64,000 nt of DNA from Planctomycetota bacterium (GCA_016220095.1 JACRIJ010000048.1:5296-69295); one strand, 5' to 3'. Shown: positions 20,137 through 30,472, counted from the stretch's first letter. A program made the numbers and translations. Notes: generated by a model from the sequence alone, not told the origin.

Positions 20137-21507
20137 TTACGGCGTTAATTTTTTTATTTTATCTCTCAATGAGCGCTCGGATATGCCGAGGGCCTTGGCT
20201 GTCTTTACACGGTTGCCGTTGAAACTCTCAAGGGCATTTTTAATGGCAATGAGTTCTATTTCTTCCAGCGATTGGATAGCGGTATCGGATTGCGCGGCAA
20301 CGCCTTGAGGCGGAGTTTTTTTCAACATGCATGACAAGTCTGCGGCGTTAAACTCCGCGGCATCCGCCGGGGCAAGCAGGTGCAATCGTTCAATGATATT
20401 AGCCAATTCGCGCACGTTTCCCGGCCAGGGGTAGTTCATGAGCGCCATTTCAGCGTCATGGTTAAAGGATTTTGCCTTGCGCCCGGATTTCTGCGCAATT
20501 AACGCGCAGAAATGCTGTGCGAGTTCCGGTATATCTTCCGCGTGTTCCTTCAGCGGCGGCAGGTGTATCGGCACCACATTCAGCCTGTAAAAAAGGTCCT
20601 GCCTGAACTTGTTATTCTTAATCGCGTTTTCCAGGTTCCTGTTGGTAGTGGCGATAATGCGGACATCAACGGTTTTTGAGAATGAACTGCCGACCTTTTC
20701 AAAGTTTTTTTCCTGCAGTACCCGGAGCAATTTTGCCTGCAGTCCGAGGTCAATTTCACTGACCTCGTCAAGCAGGAGGGTGCCTTTATCCGCCAGTTCA
20801 AATCTGCCTTTGCGGGTCCTGTCTGCTCCGGTAAAGGCGCCTTTTTCATGGCCGAACATTTCGCTTTCAAGCAGGCCTGCTGAGAGCGCGGCGCAGTTGA
20901 CAGCGAAAAATGGCTTATCACGGCGGTTGCTTAGCGCGTGAATGGTTCTTGCGAAGACCTCCTTGCCTGTGCCGCTTTCGCCCGTTACAAGCACGGTGGA
21001 ACCGGAATCGGCAATCTTTTTTGTCTGTTCGTATGCATCGCGCATGACCTTGCTCTTGCCGAGTACAAGCTTATAATCAGCCGTATCCGACAATTGCGCC
21101 CGCAGTCGTTCGTTTTCGCTGATAATGTTATAATGGTAAATAGCCTTTGTCAGCACGATTTCAAGCTGTCCAATGCTGAACGGTTTGGCTATATAATCAA
21201 ACGCGCCTTTTCTTACCGAATCAAGCACGGTTTTTACGGATTCCGCGTCTTTTACCGCGAAATGCGCGGTGATTATGACAACGGGCACGTCGGGCGCTAT
21301 TTTTTTTAGTTCCTCAAGCACTTCCAACCCGTGCATGACCGGCATTATCAGGTCGCAGAATACGCAATGGTAAGTCTGGGTCTTGAATGATTCCAGGGCG
21401 TCCGGGCCGTTTGAAAACGTGCTTACGGAGAAGCCGAGTGTTTTAAGGGAATCCGCCAGGGCGTCCCTTAAAGAATCTACATCGTCAATAACAAGGATGT
21501 TATACAT
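20137..21507 (-). CDS. Sigma-54-dependent response regulator (NtrC/FleR/FlrC-like)
   Basis: 456 aa. It has a receiver domain (CDLIMP), a sigma-54 AAA+ core (GESGTGKE, ESEMFGHEKGAFTGA, GAFTGA) and a C-terminal Fis-type HTH. Confidence 0.9.
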   Translation of the reverse strand: MYNILVIDDVDSLRDALADSLKTLGFSVSTFSNGPDALESFKTQTYHCVFCDLIMPVMHGLEVLEELKKIAPDVPVVIITAHFAVKDAESVKTVLDSVRKGAFDYIAKPFSIGQLEIVLTKAIYHYNIISENERLRAQLSDTADYKLVLGKSKVMRDAYEQTKKIADSGSTVLVTGESGTGKEVFARTIHALSNRRDKPFFAVNCAALSAGLLESEMFGHEKGAFTGADRTRKGRFELADKGTLLLDEVSEIDLGLQAKLLRVLQEKNFEKVGSSFSKTVDVRIIATTNRNLENAIKNNKFRQDLFYRLNVVPIHLPPLKEHAEDIPELAQHFCALIAQKSGRKAKSFNHDAEMALMNYPWPGNVRELANIIERLHLLAPADAAEFNAADLSCMLKKTPPQGVAAQSDTAIQSLEEIELIAIKNALESFNGNRVKTAKALGISERSLRDKIKKLTP

Positions 21508-21588
21508 AGAAAATACGGGATTATGGGGTTACGGAGTTACGGGGTTATGGAGTAGGGGTGAACCCATATGTTCACCCTGTTAAAGAGT

Positions 21589-22401
21589 TCAATTTTTCAG
21601 CGGGAGTATAACGGTAAAGACCGCGCCTTTTTCCGGGTTATTCCGGCCTTCAATGGAGCCCTTATGGGCTTCAATAATCCTGTGGGCTATCGCGAGCCCC
21701 AGGCCGGTTCCTTTGGATTTATTCGTAAAAAACGGCGTAAACAATTTATCGGAGGCATCGGCGGAAATGCCGCACCCGTTATCCGAAATGGACACCGAGG
21801 CTTTGGCATTGTCCATCGTTGCCGCGATGGCTATAGAGCCGTTCTTATCAACCGCCTGCGTGGCGTTAAGGATAATATTTAAAAATACGCGTTGAAGCAT
21901 ATATTGGTCAGCGGAGATATCCATGCGGCCGTCCTGAAATTTTGTTACGACGGAAATATTCTTGTTTTCAATATGCCTTGCGGCGAGCGCGAGGGATTCG
22001 TTTATTACGGCGCGGAGGTCGCAAGGCGCGAAGGCTGGGTTTATTTCCCCGGCAAACGAAAGTATATCTTCCACGGTCGCGTTAAGCGTGTGGATGGCGG
22101 AGATTATCTTATCGGTTACGCCGGCGGAATCGGCGTCATCGGCAAGCCGGCGCTGGAGCATGGACGAATATAGCTCAATGGTGGCAAGGGGGTTTCTTAT
22201 CTCATGCGCCACGCAGGCGGCCATTTCGCCGATGACAGCAAGTCGGTTCTTCCGGCTGAGTTCCTTTTCCAGGCCGACAACTTTTGCCTGGAGGAGCTGA
22301 TTGCTCTTTTCAAGCTCCGTGGACGTCCTTATAAGAACCGGAATCGTTTCCTTCAGGAAATTAATGTCTTCAAGCTGTTTGCCGGATAAATTCTCATTCA
22401 T
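21589..22401 (-). CDS. Cytoplasmic sensor histidine kinase (FleS/FlrB-like), cognate to the downstream response regulator
   Basis: 270 aa with no TM segment. It has an N-terminal coiled coil, an H-box (HEIRNPLATIE) and a HATPase_c domain (GTGLGLAI). Confidence 0.85.
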   Translation of the reverse strand: MNENLSGKQLEDINFLKETIPVLIRTSTELEKSNQLLQAKVVGLEKELSRKNRLAVIGEMAACVAHEIRNPLATIELYSSMLQRRLADDADSAGVTDKIISAIHTLNATVEDILSFAGEINPAFAPCDLRAVINESLALAARHIENKNISVVTKFQDGRMDISADQYMLQRVFLNIILNATQAVDKNGSIAIAATMDNAKASVSISDNGCGISADASDKLFTPFFTNKSKGTGLGLAIAHRIIEAHKGSIEGRNNPEKGAVFTVILPLKN

Positions 22402-22561
22402 ATTAACGAAATATGAAATATGAAAAATGAAGGACGACGTTCGGGTCTCGACTCCCGGATCTCGGACATCGGCCCTCAGGCAACGTCCTTTCGTCTTCCT
22501 TTTTCATTTTTCATCCTCGTTCGTTTAAACGGGCCACGGGAAACGGGTCACGGGCCACGGA

Positions 22562-22984
22562 CTACGGCTTCTGTTTCTTCATATTTGCGTAGGCTGACGC
22601 GGCCTTTTTGGCATTTATAATCTTATCAAGTTCCGAGGAGACGGTTGTTTTTGATTTTTCGGCGAGGGCTACGCATTTATTTTCTTCTTCCATAAGCCGT
22701 TTATGGGCTTCGGTTATTTTATCAAGCAGGGCGTTTACCGAGGCGCGCTGTTCTTCGGGCGCGGAATTCGCGGTTTCCAGCCACTGTTGTTTCAGCGAGG
22801 CAAGCGCCTTGCTGTCAACGTCTATTTCCACGAAGAGCGAATTCTTTTTTTCAAGCAAAGGCATAAGCTGGTTGAAGTTGCCCTGCTGGAACAGCAGGTA
22901 TTGTTCCCCGGCGGTCTTAAGGAGTTCATCGTAATTATTCAGTATTTTTGTCAGGGACCGGCAGAGGTCTTCAAACAGCGGCAT
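22562..22984 (-). CDS. FlgN-like flagellar export chaperone (tentative)
   Basis: 140 aa all-helical protein adjacent to flagellar regulators. The match is at family level only. Confidence 0.35.
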   Translation of the reverse strand: MPLFEDLCRSLTKILNNYDELLKTAGEQYLLFQQGNFNQLMPLLEKKNSLFVEIDVDSKALASLKQQWLETANSAPEEQRASVNALLDKITEAHKRLMEEENKCVALAEKSKTTVSSELDKIINAKKAASAYANMKKQKP

Positions 22985-22987
22985 AAC

Positions 22988-25495
22988 CTATTCTCCTCCA
23001 ACCAAAAGAGTAAGGTCATCCAGTTCTTTTTTCCAGCGCAGGAAGCTCGGGCTGTTGGCGTTTTCAGGGGATGCGTTTGTGAATTTTTCGTAAGCGAACA
23101 AGGCGAGTTCTATGTTTTTTTGCGCGTCAGCGGTGCGGTTAAGGGAATAATAGCATTTAGCTTCCTGTATAAGCGCCCATAGCATTTCGGGCTGGGAATT
23201 GAATTTTTTCCAGGCCGTTGAATACGTGTTCGCGGCGTTCGCATAGTCCTGCAGGTTGAAGAATGCGTCGGCGATATTAAAATAGGAATTCCTGTTCATC
23301 TCGGAATATCCGGGGTAAGAGGCGATGGGTATGCCGTCCCGGCCGTCCAATTTTCCGGTCTCTATGGTGTTGTAATAATCGGCGATGGCGTTTTTCCAGT
23401 CCTGTTTGAGCGAGTATGACTGGGCGCGGTGGTAATACGCGGAAAAAGTGTTTTCCGGGTCATCGTTTTTATAGCGCGTGATGGCCTCGGACAGCGTAAG
23501 AACGGCGCTGGAGATGTCGTTTGTTTTCTTTTCAAAATTTGATGACTGCAGGAGCGCTCTTTTATAATAAAGTTCTCCGAGTTTGAAGATGGACAATTTC
23601 CATTCCGGCGTGAGCGGCGAGAACAAAGTGGAACTGCTCAGTATGTTCAGGAACGCCTGTTCGGCGTTATCAAGGTTACCGGAGAGCATTATGGAATGGG
23701 CTTTTTCGTAATAAGACATGTAGCCGTACGGAGGCGTATAGGGATAAAACGTGATATTTTCGTCAAAGGTTTTGATGGCCTCGCTGTATTGGCCGAGTTT
23801 TTGATAACACATGCCGAGCTTATAGTATGCTTCAGTCCTGTTAAGCGGAAAATGAGTGCTTATGTATTGTTTGAATACGCCGGCCGCCGGGGAGTAGGCC
23901 TCTGCCTGATAGAGCGAATCGCCGGCGGACCACAGATGGATATTGGACGCGGGCGCGGCGGGAGCCGCCTTATAGGCGCTGATAAATGCCTTTGCGGTTT
24001 TGACATAGAATCTTTTTGTCACATTGCGGAGGTCCATGTAATCGCTGGTTATGCCGGACTTAATGGTGGCGCTGTATTCCCTTTCATGCAATTTTGATAC
24101 GTTAAGGTAAGTCCTGCCGAGGAGCGCGTAATTATCCTGCGAAGGGTCAACGGACGTAAGTTTTTCAACCGTATTCATTATTCGCAGGAGCGTTTGCCGC
24201 GAATCCATAGTCGGCAGAATGGCGTCAATTTTGGCGCGGAAGTCTTTTATGAAATCATCGCGGCCCGCGGGGAGTTTTTTAATTTTCTGAAAGGACGACT
24301 CGTAAAGTTCAAGCGATTTTTCAATGAGGTTATTTTTAAAGTAAATATCGGCGAGCTTAAGAGTTGCCAGAAACTGGTATTCGTTGGGAACCTTGCTTCC
24401 GGCCAGAAGGGCCTCAAAGCAGGTATAGGCGTTGGGATAGTCGTTATTGCCGATGTAGGCAAGGCCGAGCGCAAAAGAGAGTTCTGGGAAGGCTTCCTTG
24501 TCGGAGTTACGGGGAAGGACGGGTTGCAGAAGCGCGATGGTATCGGCGAAATTGCCGGTTTTTATAAACAGGTTGGCGATTCTCAGCAAGGCGGTTTTGT
24601 TGTTTTTTTCAAGTTCAAGGATGTTCAAATAGCAAATGTACGCGTGGTTAAGGTTGAAATCAGCCCGGTTGATATTTTCGGAAATGGCGCCTTCAACGAG
24701 CAATTTGGCTATTTCTTCCTGCACGCCCGCGTTTTTATCATAGGCGGCGAGGGCTTTTTTTATCTTATCCAGTCTTTCTTGCACGGCCGCATCGGCGTCT
24801 TCCGCTTTTTCAAATGTAGGCAGAGGGAGCAGGCTGATGCATTCGGCAATCTTAAGGTTAAAAAGCCTTTCATTCGGATAATACTGCTGGAACCTTTTGA
24901 ATTCCGCGAGGGCCTGGGTTGGATTGCCGGAATCCTTGATTTTCTCAATGGAATCCATTATAGCGCCGGACATTTCCGGGACAAAAAAATCGTTTTTGAT
25001 TGCGGATTCAAACATGCCAAGATTAGATTGGAGCGCGTTGGCCGAGGGCATGGTTTCCGCGAATTCCTGTTTATAAGCCGTTAATGCCATAAGGCCCTGG
25101 ATTTCGCCTGTGAACTTATTGCGGGGGAAGCGGGCGATGAAATCAGCGCCTTCTTTCATGGTGTTGACATAATCGTTAAGCATGTAAAGCTGGCGGATTT
25201 TATCGGCTTCAAAGGCGTAGACTTTTTCGTAACGCCCTTTAGACGGCAGGAATAGCGGGACGAGGAGCACGGAAAGAATTGCGAATACAAAGGTAGACAC
25301 CTGCCAGTGTACTGCGCATTTTCGCGCGAACGATGCAAATGTAGGAATAGATTCAATTAAAGGCATAATATTAAAGAAATACTTTTCGTCCTGGTCGTTT
25401 TGCTGCTGAATAACGAAACGACGATACGGATTTTGCCACAGCCCTTCGCTCTGCTCCCTTCGGCACCTCAGGATTGCGACAGGATAAAAGAGCAC
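22988..25495 (-). CDS. Membrane-anchored tetratricopeptide-repeat protein
   Basis: Many TPR-like Y/A/L-rich repeats. The likely true start is the internal Met at 25366 (MPLIESIP... followed by a TM helix). The first 43 codons of the track ORF overlap intergenic repeat sequence. Confidence 0.6.
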   Translation of the reverse strand: MLFYPVAILRCRREQSEGLWQNPYRRFVIQQQNDQDEKYFFNIMPLIESIPTFASFARKCAVHWQVSTFVFAILSVLLVPLFLPSKGRYEKVYAFEADKIRQLYMLNDYVNTMKEGADFIARFPRNKFTGEIQGLMALTAYKQEFAETMPSANALQSNLGMFESAIKNDFFVPEMSGAIMDSIEKIKDSGNPTQALAEFKRFQQYYPNERLFNLKIAECISLLPLPTFEKAEDADAAVQERLDKIKKALAAYDKNAGVQEEIAKLLVEGAISENINRADFNLNHAYICYLNILELEKNNKTALLRIANLFIKTGNFADTIALLQPVLPRNSDKEAFPELSFALGLAYIGNNDYPNAYTCFEALLAGSKVPNEYQFLATLKLADIYFKNNLIEKSLELYESSFQKIKKLPAGRDDFIKDFRAKIDAILPTMDSRQTLLRIMNTVEKLTSVDPSQDNYALLGRTYLNVSKLHEREYSATIKSGITSDYMDLRNVTKRFYVKTAKAFISAYKAAPAAPASNIHLWSAGDSLYQAEAYSPAAGVFKQYISTHFPLNRTEAYYKLGMCYQKLGQYSEAIKTFDENITFYPYTPPYGYMSYYEKAHSIMLSGNLDNAEQAFLNILSSSTLFSPLTPEWKLSIFKLGELYYKRALLQSSNFEKKTNDISSAVLTLSEAITRYKNDDPENTFSAYYHRAQSYSLKQDWKNAIADYYNTIETGKLDGRDGIPIASYPGYSEMNRNSYFNIADAFFNLQDYANAANTYSTAWKKFNSQPEMLWALIQEAKCYYSLNRTADAQKNIELALFAYEKFTNASPENANSPSFLRWKKELDDLTLLVGGE

Positions 25496-25651
25496 AGAGA
25501 CTACGGAGAACGCAACGAATTAGACAGGGACTTAACGAGACTCTAAAGAGATACGACGACGAAACTACAATAGGTATTTTCGACGCTTGCGTTTACGTAC
25601 GCTCTTAAAAATCGTTTTACGTTCTGTGACCTCTGTGGCAAATCGGCACAG

Positions 25652-25966
25652 TTAAGGGTTTTTGATTTCTTCCTTATCAAGCATTTCCTTAACTTCCTGG
25701 AGCGTATGATGGCGCTTAAGGCGTTCAATTTTTGCGAGCCGCTGGAACACCAGTTCCGGATATAAACGGTGCCCGGATTTCGTGCGTTCGGCCTCGGAAA
25801 TAAGGCCGAGCATGGTATAGTTATGCAGGGTTTGGCGCGAGATACCCGTGTAGTGGATGATTTCGCCGATCTTAAAAAGTTTAACGGGAAGCACCACTCC
25901 CGTAGCGGCGAACGCAAGATGCCCGTCTTTCTGTTCAACCTCGGATTCAGCTTGATTTTTTTTCAT
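25652..25966 (-). CDS. MerR-family transcriptional regulator
   Basis: 104 aa with the HTH LFKIGEIIHYTGISRQTLHNYTMLGLI...SGHRLY. The overlapping ORF 25543-25938 is rejected. Confidence 0.65.
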   Translation of the reverse strand: MKKNQAESEVEQKDGHLAFAATGVVLPVKLFKIGEIIHYTGISRQTLHNYTMLGLISEAERTKSGHRLYPELVFQRLAKIERLKRHHTLQEVKEMLDKEEIKNP

Positions 25967-26280
25967 TATTCAATCCCCCGAAATAATTTAAGATTTACGC
26001 AGAGAACAACGTTTTTTGCCACGAAGACACGAAGGACGATTATTCCTGTCACTACGATGACTGATAAGCGATAGCTTTCCCGGCAATTTTTGTGACTTCT
26101 TGGCAAATCCTTTGTTACTTTATATTTTATAAAGTATAAAGTATAAAATTAAGAGGAATTTGTCAAGTAAAATTTTGCATTTCATGAAAAATTTATTTTG
26201 CATAACATGTTGAATTGCAGTCTGTTGTGAGACGTGTGTAGAATTTTGAAAAATTATCGGAAGTTCCGATAATACGAAGG

Positions 26281-26405
26281 AGGAAAAACGAAAAATGAAG
26301 AATGAAGGACGATACGAAAGAATGATAGAATGGCAGGATGATAGAATGTTTTGTAAAAATCTTAATTTTTAAATTCAAAATCTTAAATTTTAATGCCTGC
26401 CCCTT
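26281..26405. repeat. Dispersed intergenic repeat family R1 (gaaaaatgaagaatgaaggacg...agaatgatagaatggcaggatgatagaatgtttt...aatcttaaatttta-gcctgcccc)
   Basis: Other copies lie at 30695-30817 (inverted) and 60474-60592. Fragments lie at 22395-22440, 34585-34630, 56700-56745 and 58955-59045. Confidence 0.8.
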
Positions 26406-26509
26406 ATCGTTTGAAAACCTGTAAAACTCGTCGTTTTCCGTGTATTCTGTGTGTTCTGTGGTAAAAAATTATCGTCGTTTCGTCTTCGTGTGCATTCGTG
26501 TGTATTCGT

Positions 26510-26569
26510 GGCTAATCAGCCGTCCCGCCGTCAAATTACACAGAACCGCACAGATTACGACGAAGGAGG
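26510..26569. repeat. Dispersed repeat family R2 (ggctaatcagccgtcccgccgtcaaattacacagaaccgcacagattacgacgaaggagg)
   Basis: An inverted copy lies at 30618-30680 and a partial copy at 37731-37760. Confidence 0.8.
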
Positions 26570-26835
26570 GAGTACTCTGTTGGGATTTAATGACTGGATG
26601 ATTTGCGATTTAATGATTGAGACGTGCAACGCGTAATCGTTTACCCTGAGGCGGCCCGAAGGGTAAATCATCAAGTCATCCAGTCACCAAATCATTAAAT
26701 TTCCGAAAGGTTTCGTCGTTCAGTCGTTTACTCGCAGTTGTCAATCTGCCTAATCTGTTGCTAAAAAAAAACGGCCTGCCCGCTTTTTCAAGCAGACAGG
26801 CCGTGTAAAATTTGCGTCTATGAACGCCGCGTCAA

Positions 26836-29800
26836 TTACTTGCCGCCTCTGGAGGATTTGGCTTTCATCTTGGCGCCGAACATTTCTGCGCTCTTATAGT
26901 ATGAACCGGTCTTGTAATACCAGTTGTCATACTGGGTGAACGTGAATTTCACGCCCGGGTCTTCGTTAAGAACCTGGACATTATCAATCGTCCAACCGCG
27001 ATAACCGTTATACAGTCCGTCATTCGAGGTAAAGTAGAATCTTACCTGGATCACGTGGCCTGCAAACGGGTCAAGGTTGACTGAATAGTTCAGCCACACC
27101 GGTACCGCGTCAACGCCGCCCGAAGAATAGTTCGTGTAAGCGACCTGGCCGCCGTACGGGGGTTCGCTTTCCGGGTTCAGGTTGAACAACGTGTTCCAAC
27201 CGGCATTGGGGTAATTAGTAGTAGCAGTGTCTATTGTATAGTTGTTGGTATCTGAATAGATATCAACCGTGCCTGCATCGTCAACCACTCTGACCTGGAC
27301 GTACATCTGGTCATACTGGCCGCCTGCGCAATCAACGCTTTCGGTTTCAAACCATGATTTGAAAGCGAGTTTCGCGTTGGCGAAATCGGTCAGGTCAATA
27401 AGCGGGGATGTCAGGTAACCTTCGTTACCGCCGCTCGGTGATGTGCCGCCGTTATTGGCATAATTGGAATACTGCAACGCGTTCGTTTCAGTGGTATCCA
27501 GCGTGCCGTCTCCGCTATAAAGCGGCGTATCCGCGCCGATGAATGTGCCTGTGGCGTCTTCACCGTACCAGAATACTGTTGTGCCTGTTGAAGGAGCAAG
27601 CAGTGTTACGGAAGCGGTAGAGGCGGTGTCTGTAACAGTGACAATAAGCACGTCGCCTGCATCAATCGTTCCATTACTGTTCGTATCGGTAAAGGACGAA
27701 ATCGGCAGTTCGTTACTTCCCTGGGAATCCGACAGATATATGGTGTCATCAAGCGTAAACGCGTTGTCATAGTTCCAGTCATAAACATAGCCCCACGCGT
27801 CAGCCGTGCTGTCACCATTGGTATCCAGGGTTAAATCCCCGTAACCATAGTTGTTTGTGATGGTGAGGACAACAAAATCCTTGTCAATCTTCGGTTCGTC
27901 CGGGTATTCAACGAGCGTGCTTACAATGTAAGGCAGTACTGCGATTGAATTCGGATTTGTGACTGTGTGCCACAAACCGCTTGCATCCCAATCTGACGCG
28001 TCGGCTTCAAAGTCCCAGTCATAAGTGACCGCGACTGCAATGGGGTCAAGGGCGAAATTGACTGTTACGGTTTGGTTGGCTACCAATGTGCCTACAGCAT
28101 CCGTAGGAGAAGGCGAGAAATCGTCTGCCTGTGCCTTGATTGTCAGCAATCCGCTGAGAATCGGGTCAACGTCTTCAAACGTATAAACGCCGTTAGCATC
28201 CGTTACCGCTGTCATAACTGCGGTGTTGATGCCTGATGCGGGCAGATAGATGTTCTTTACGAGAACCATTGATGTCGGGTCGCCCTGCAGATCAATATCC
28301 GCAGTTGCCGAACCGCTGAACGGTATGCTGTTAATCGTCCATGAAGCAGTTACGCCGAATGTCAGCGTAAGTGTATCTTCAAGGTAGGATGTGCCGGGCG
28401 TAAAATCCTGGATAATCGCGCCGAAGTTATCGGTCACGAAGTTTGTAAGGGCGTTGTAGAAAACCAGGTCGCCGCTGGATATCGTTGTTTCCGGAACAAT
28501 GAAATAGGTAGGCAGATCGTTACTGTCCGTACCATTGGCGGTAACGCCGGCGTATGTTCCGTGCAAACTGGCTGTCCATTCAAAAGTTGCATTCTGTCCG
28601 GCTGTTGCAAAGAAGAAACCGACATTCTGGCCGCCCCAGATATTGACTGTTCCCAAATTGGCCGTAAGCGAGCCGGTCATATTGATCTTGCTCTTGTCAA
28701 AGATGACTTCAAACGAACCCTGTGAGATTTCCGTCAAGGTTGCGCTTTCGTCCACCGCGGTAACCTGCAGGTCGTAAATGCCTGAGAAATCCGCAGTAGC
28801 GTAGTTCGTAAGAACTGATAGGAGAAGTTCATCGTTCATGACAAAGTTCATGCTTTCCGAGCCCATGCCGTGTTTAATGCTGACCCACGTAGTTTCGTCC
28901 GGTTTCTTGAAATCCCAGTAATAATGCGTGTCGGGATTCATGCCTACCGCGACGCCCGTTACTACGTCACCGCCGTCGGTGGTGTATTCAATCGATTCAA
29001 CGGATGTTAATACGGACGGGTTCTTCATGGTGACTATTGCGCCTTCAATGGGCGAACCATTGGCGGAATTCGTTACCGTTCCCGATACCGTGGCCGTTGT
29101 TGAAATCGGAGCAAGGGCGAAATTCAGGGCGTAATCTGTTACGTTATTTTCCACAGTGACAATTGAATAATCTTCAAAGAAACTTTCCGCTTTGACAAGA
29201 AGGCTTACGCTGGGTGAGTCAAACGGGATTGTCAGTGTGATGGAATATGCACCGTCCGTGCCTGACATGACGAATGTTTCATTGGCAAATACCAGTGCAT
29301 TCTCAATGGCGTTATCGGACGTGTCTTTTACAGTTCCTGTAATGGTGATTGTCGGATCAACTATCACGCTTTCATAAGCGAATACAAAAGGATAAAGCAC
29401 ATTCAGATAGACGCCGCTTGCGGATGCGAGGTTGTATGAACCGTTGCCGCCGTTGGCTGTCGGATTGAATTCCACCTGTGCGTCTCCTGCTTTCGTCCAG
29501 GTCTTATCACTGTTATCCGTCATGTCATAATACCAGAGTGACAGTGTAACAAGTCCCTGGGAAGCGAGGTTATTCAGTGTTTCAGCGTCTTTGTCGCCGA
29601 GCACTTTTGAGGATCTCGGGGTAATCATGTTCTTGGTTGGATCGGTTGTGTTCCAGCCGATTTCAGTTAGAGTGGCCTTTTTGCCGTTATCAGACCTTAC
29701 GAAGCTTACATCCGCTCCGCCGCAGACCGTTCCGGTTACGCCGTGGTCTTCGCTGTTGACCGCGGGCGGTACGTTCGGGTTGGTGTAAGGCGTTACGCTG

Positions 29801-30384
29801 ACTGCAATGTCCTGTGTAAGCGACATTGATTCAATCGTAATGCTTGTGCTTCCATCTGAAGACGTGACAACCTTCGGAGCAGCTTTCTGTGACTTTGACG
29901 CGCTTGCGATAAGTTCCACGCTATTCGAGTCCAACTGTTGAAGGAAGAGATAAAGGGTTGTCGCCGTTGACAGGTCCACCGTTGCCGAAGCTTCGGTATA
30001 ATTCGGGGCGTCAACCGTTACGAGAGCCGTAGCGCTCGGGGACACGTTGACTGCGAAAATACCGCTTGAATTGGTCGTGGACGAGGCCGTGCCGATAGCG
30101 ATATCAGCGCCGGAAAGAGGCAGAAGCGTGCTCGTGCCTTCCATTTTGAACAACATGCCCGTAAGGGATACTGTTGTTCCGGAACCGCCGCCGGTTGTGC
30201 CACCGCCAGTCGTGCCGCCACCCGTGGTGCCGCCGCCTGTGGTGCCGCCGCCAGTCGTGCCGCCGGTCGTTGTGTCAGTAGTCGTAGAACTACTGCCGCC
30301 GCCGCCACCGCAGCCTACTGCGCCAATGCCTACGGCAATGGCAAACAATACCAGGCTCAGTGCCATAGTATGCTTTCTAAGCAT
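26836..30384 (-). CDS. Large surface lipoprotein (1182 aa) with a (TTGGG)n low-complexity linker and Ig-like or carboxypeptidase-regulatory-like beta domains
   Basis: A signal peptide is followed by the lipobox AVGC. A G/T-rich tandem linker follows, then the rest is rich in beta-strand T, S, N, D and G residues. Confidence 0.75.
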   Translation of the reverse strand: MLRKHTMALSLVLFAIAVGIGAVGCGGGGGSSSTTTDTTTGGTTGGGTTGGGTTGGGTTGGGTTGGGSGTTVSLTGMLFKMEGTSTLLPLSGADIAIGTASSTTNSSGIFAVNVSPSATALVTVDAPNYTEASATVDLSTATTLYLFLQQLDSNSVELIASASKSQKAAPKVVTSSDGSTSITIESMSLTQDIAVSVTPYTNPNVPPAVNSEDHGVTGTVCGGADVSFVRSDNGKKATLTEIGWNTTDPTKNMITPRSSKVLGDKDAETLNNLASQGLVTLSLWYYDMTDNSDKTWTKAGDAQVEFNPTANGGNGSYNLASASGVYLNVLYPFVFAYESVIVDPTITITGTVKDTSDNAIENALVFANETFVMSGTDGAYSITLTIPFDSPSVSLLVKAESFFEDYSIVTVENNVTDYALNFALAPISTTATVSGTVTNSANGSPIEGAIVTMKNPSVLTSVESIEYTTDGGDVVTGVAVGMNPDTHYYWDFKKPDETTWVSIKHGMGSESMNFVMNDELLLSVLTNYATADFSGIYDLQVTAVDESATLTEISQGSFEVIFDKSKINMTGSLTANLGTVNIWGGQNVGFFFATAGQNATFEWTASLHGTYAGVTANGTDSNDLPTYFIVPETTISSGDLVFYNALTNFVTDNFGAIIQDFTPGTSYLEDTLTLTFGVTASWTINSIPFSGSATADIDLQGDPTSMVLVKNIYLPASGINTAVMTAVTDANGVYTFEDVDPILSGLLTIKAQADDFSPSPTDAVGTLVANQTVTVNFALDPIAVAVTYDWDFEADASDWDASGLWHTVTNPNSIAVLPYIVSTLVEYPDEPKIDKDFVVLTITNNYGYGDLTLDTNGDSTADAWGYVYDWNYDNAFTLDDTIYLSDSQGSNELPISSFTDTNSNGTIDAGDVLIVTVTDTASTASVTLLAPSTGTTVFWYGEDATGTFIGADTPLYSGDGTLDTTETNALQYSNYANNGGTSPSGGNEGYLTSPLIDLTDFANAKLAFKSWFETESVDCAGGQYDQMYVQVRVVDDAGTVDIYSDTNNYTIDTATTNYPNAGWNTLFNLNPESEPPYGGQVAYTNYSSGGVDAVPVWLNYSVNLDPFAGHVIQVRFYFTSNDGLYNGYRGWTIDNVQVLNEDPGVKFTFTQYDNWYYKTGSYYKSAEMFGAKMKAKSSRGGK
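30150..30300 (-). repeat. Tandem 15-bp coding repeat (about 5 units, gccgccRgtSgtgcc) encoding (GGTTG)n in the lipoprotein linker
   Basis: The periodicity is directly visible. The poly-P antisense ORFs 30018-30308 and 30047-30400 are artefacts of it. Confidence 0.8.
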
Positions 30385-30472
30385 AAAAACACCTCCATAG
30401 AAAAAAGTTACGTCCGTTGATCCAACATTGATTAACAGACAATGGTTAAACGTTAAATCCCTAAGTAAGAAT

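Noticed and set aside
19809-20222. 137-aa ORF in the flgB/RR intergenic region
   Set aside because: It is composed almost entirely of R4 repeat modules (CACGAAG palindromes) and has no RBS. It is a repeat artefact.
25543-25938. 131-aa ORF overlapping the MerR gene in another frame
   Set aside because: The overlapping 104-aa frame has a clear MerR HTH. This one is Arg/Ser-rich without motifs.
30018-30400. Poly-proline or Ala/Arg-rich ORFs antisense to the lipoprotein 5' end
   Set aside because: They are produced by the 15-bp tandem repeat encoding (GGTTG)n on the coding strand.
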